DNA of 63,982 nucleotides, filler included, from a bacterium (GTDB lineage Bacteria; UBA9089; CG2-30-40-21; SBAY01): NCBI GenBank assembly GCA_040757115.1. It is 9 parts of 9 records of this genome, joined end to end, with 100 filler letters (N's around TTAATTAATTAA, not from the genome) between each part and the next. Parts side by side here need not be neighbours in the genome. Positions count along the whole stretch, not along the records: positions 59,987 to 63,982 come from JBFLYA010000307.1; 8 more parts are not named here. One strand, 5' to 3'. Shown piece by piece: positions 62,465 to 63,982 of this stretch (position 1 is its first letter; each line of letters starts with the position of its first letter). The notes under the pieces were generated by a model. It saw only the letters and a program-made list of their open reading frames with translations, ran no database searches and was not told where the DNA came from. The position numbers and the translations under genes were made by a program.

Positions 62465-63877
62465 AGTTCTCAATACTTTTTGCAAAAGTTCATTGGTAAT
62501 CTTAGGATTAGCCTTGCCGCGGGTGAGTTTCATCACCTGCCCAACTAAGAAACCTAATACTTCCTTTTTACCTGATTTGTATTCTTCAACTGCCTTTGGA
62601 TTAGCAGTTATTACCTGCTCAATCACCTTTGCCATTTCATCGCTATCACTGATCTGGACTAATTCTTTTTCCCGAATTATTTCATACGGTAATTTGCCAG
62701 TTTTAAATATTTCAGCCAATACCTCTTTACCTATCTTTCCACTTATCGTGCCATTATCAATTAGCTCCAACATCTTTGCCAGATGAGTTGGAGTAAGCCT
62801 GGTTTGAGTAATGGTTAAATTTGACTCGCCTAAAAATCCTAAGACCTCGGTCATTATCCAATTACTTACTATTTTGGGTTTGGGGTAAAGTTTGGTGGTA
62901 TTTTTAAAGAACTCGGCTAATTGCTTTGTTGCAGTCAATACCTCACTATCATAAACTGGCAATCCATATTCTTCAATGAACCTTTTCCTTTTTGCCTGAG
63001 GCAATTCAGGAATAGTTGCTTTTATCTCATCTATCCATTGGGATGATACTTCTAACGGAACTAAATCAGGCTCCGGGAAATATCGGTAGTCATGGGCTTC
63101 TTCTTTAGAACGCATTGGTGTGGTAACTTGCTTCTTTTCATCCCATAGCCTTGTTTGTTGAATAATATTTCCACCCTGGGTGATAAGTTTAATTTGCCTT
63201 TCTATCTCATAACTCATTGCCTTTTCTACGGCTTTAAAGGAGTTTAGATTTTTTATCTCGGTTTTAGTCCCGAGTTTAACCTCACCAATAGGTCTGATAG
63301 AGACATTGGCATCACATCGCAGAGAGCCTTCTTCCATATTACAATCAGAAACCTCAAGATACTCTAAAACACTTTTCAGGTTTGTCAGATACTCATAAGC
63401 CTGCTGTGGGGTTTTTATCTCAGGTTCACTGACTATCTCAATTAATGGTGTGCCACAACGATTAAAATCTACAAGACTACTTTCTTCTTCGGTATGAATA
63501 AGTTTACCGGCATCTTCTTCTAAATGTATTCGGGTAATTCCTATTTTAGTTGTAGTAATTTCTAAATATCCATTTCTGGCTAAAGGTTCATCATATTGAG
63601 ATATTTGATATGCCTTTGGCAGGTCAGGATAAAAGTAATTTTTGCGATGGAACTTACAGGTTTGGACGATGTGGCAATTTAACGCTAATGCAGATTTAAT
63701 CGCATATTCGACCGCTTGTTTATTTAAAACGGGTAATACCCCGGGAAAACCCAGACACACCGGGCAGGTTTGCGAATTAGGCGCTGCACCAAAGCTAATC
63801 GAGCAACCACAGAATATCTTAGATTTAGTTTTTAATTGAACATGGACTTCTAATCCAATAATTGCCTCATAATCCAT
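62447..63877 (-). CDS. gatB: Asp/Glu-tRNA amidotransferase subunit B
   Basis: [37 protein letters not shown]. Confidence 0.98.
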   Translation of the reverse strand: MDYEAIIGLEVHVQLKTKSKIFCGCSISFGAAPNSQTCPVCLGFPGVLPVLNKQAVEYAIKSALALNCHIVQTCKFHRKNYFYPDLPKAYQISQYDEPLARNGYLEITTTKIGITRIHLEEDAGKLIHTEEESSLVDFNRCGTPLIEIVSEPEIKTPQQAYEYLTNLKSVLEYLEVSDCNMEEGSLRCDANVSIRPIGEVKLGTKTEIKNLNSFKAVEKAMSYEIERQIKLITQGGNIIQQTRLWDEKKQVTTPMRSKEEAHDYRYFPEPDLVPLEVSSQWIDEIKATIPELPQAKRKRFIEEYGLPVYDSEVLTATKQLAEFFKNTTKLYPKPKIVSNWIMTEVLGFLGESNLTITQTRLTPTHLAKMLELIDNGTISGKIGKEVLAEIFKTGKLPYEIIREKELVQISDSDEMAKVIEQVITANPKAVEEYKSGKKEVLGFLVGQVMKLTRGKANPKITNELLQKVLRTIDHRP

Positions 63878-63896
63878 CTTTTACCCCCACAAATTC

Positions 63897-63917
63897 GGTG
63901 GTGTCTGAAAATAACTC
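63897..63917 (+). mobile_element. IS1-type terminal repeat
   Basis: GGTGGTGTCTGAAAATAACT, near-identical to 6886. Confidence 0.6.
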
Positions 63918-63982
63918 TAATAGTGAAATCTATGCAGATTTGGTGTCCAAAAGGGATTTCCTCCAAAGAGCAAAATGCAAAA

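Overview
Low-GC draft genome of a diderm, flagellated bacterium. The window is nine contigs joined by artificial 100-nt N/TTAATTAATTAA linkers. The complete internal contigs fall steadily in length (7464 to 7304 bp), so neighbourhood across linkers carries no information. Housekeeping content: CIRCE-controlled groES-groEL-fmdB-grpE-dnaK-dnaJ, aspS-glgA-gltX-purN-tRNA-Val-tRNA-Asp, fliFGHIJ, hisA, recG, galT, apt, uvrB, gatB. Accessory highlights: (1) a higher-GC array at 52.7-59.7 kb. It alternates exported partner genes with cassettes in which different N-terminal hydrolase-like domains (papain-like, lytic transglycosylase-like, M23 peptidase) are fused to a conserved FrpC-type self-processing module and truncated before any RTX tail, a candidate N-terminally polymorphic toxin/immunity system. 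(2) A conflict-type operon: Clp-like AAA+, NrdG-like radical SAM, vWA-like protein, TRAFAC GTPase, GAP1-N2-like protein. (3) A single-chain DarT-macrodomain fusion. (4) An Rpn gene with an intragenic antitoxin-type start. (5) Dense intergenic repeat elements: inverted heptamer arrays around four-helix-bundle genes, GxxExxY remnants, MITEs with 8-bp target duplications, and a 52-bp hairpin repeat array. All calls come from reading motifs by eye; no database searches were run.
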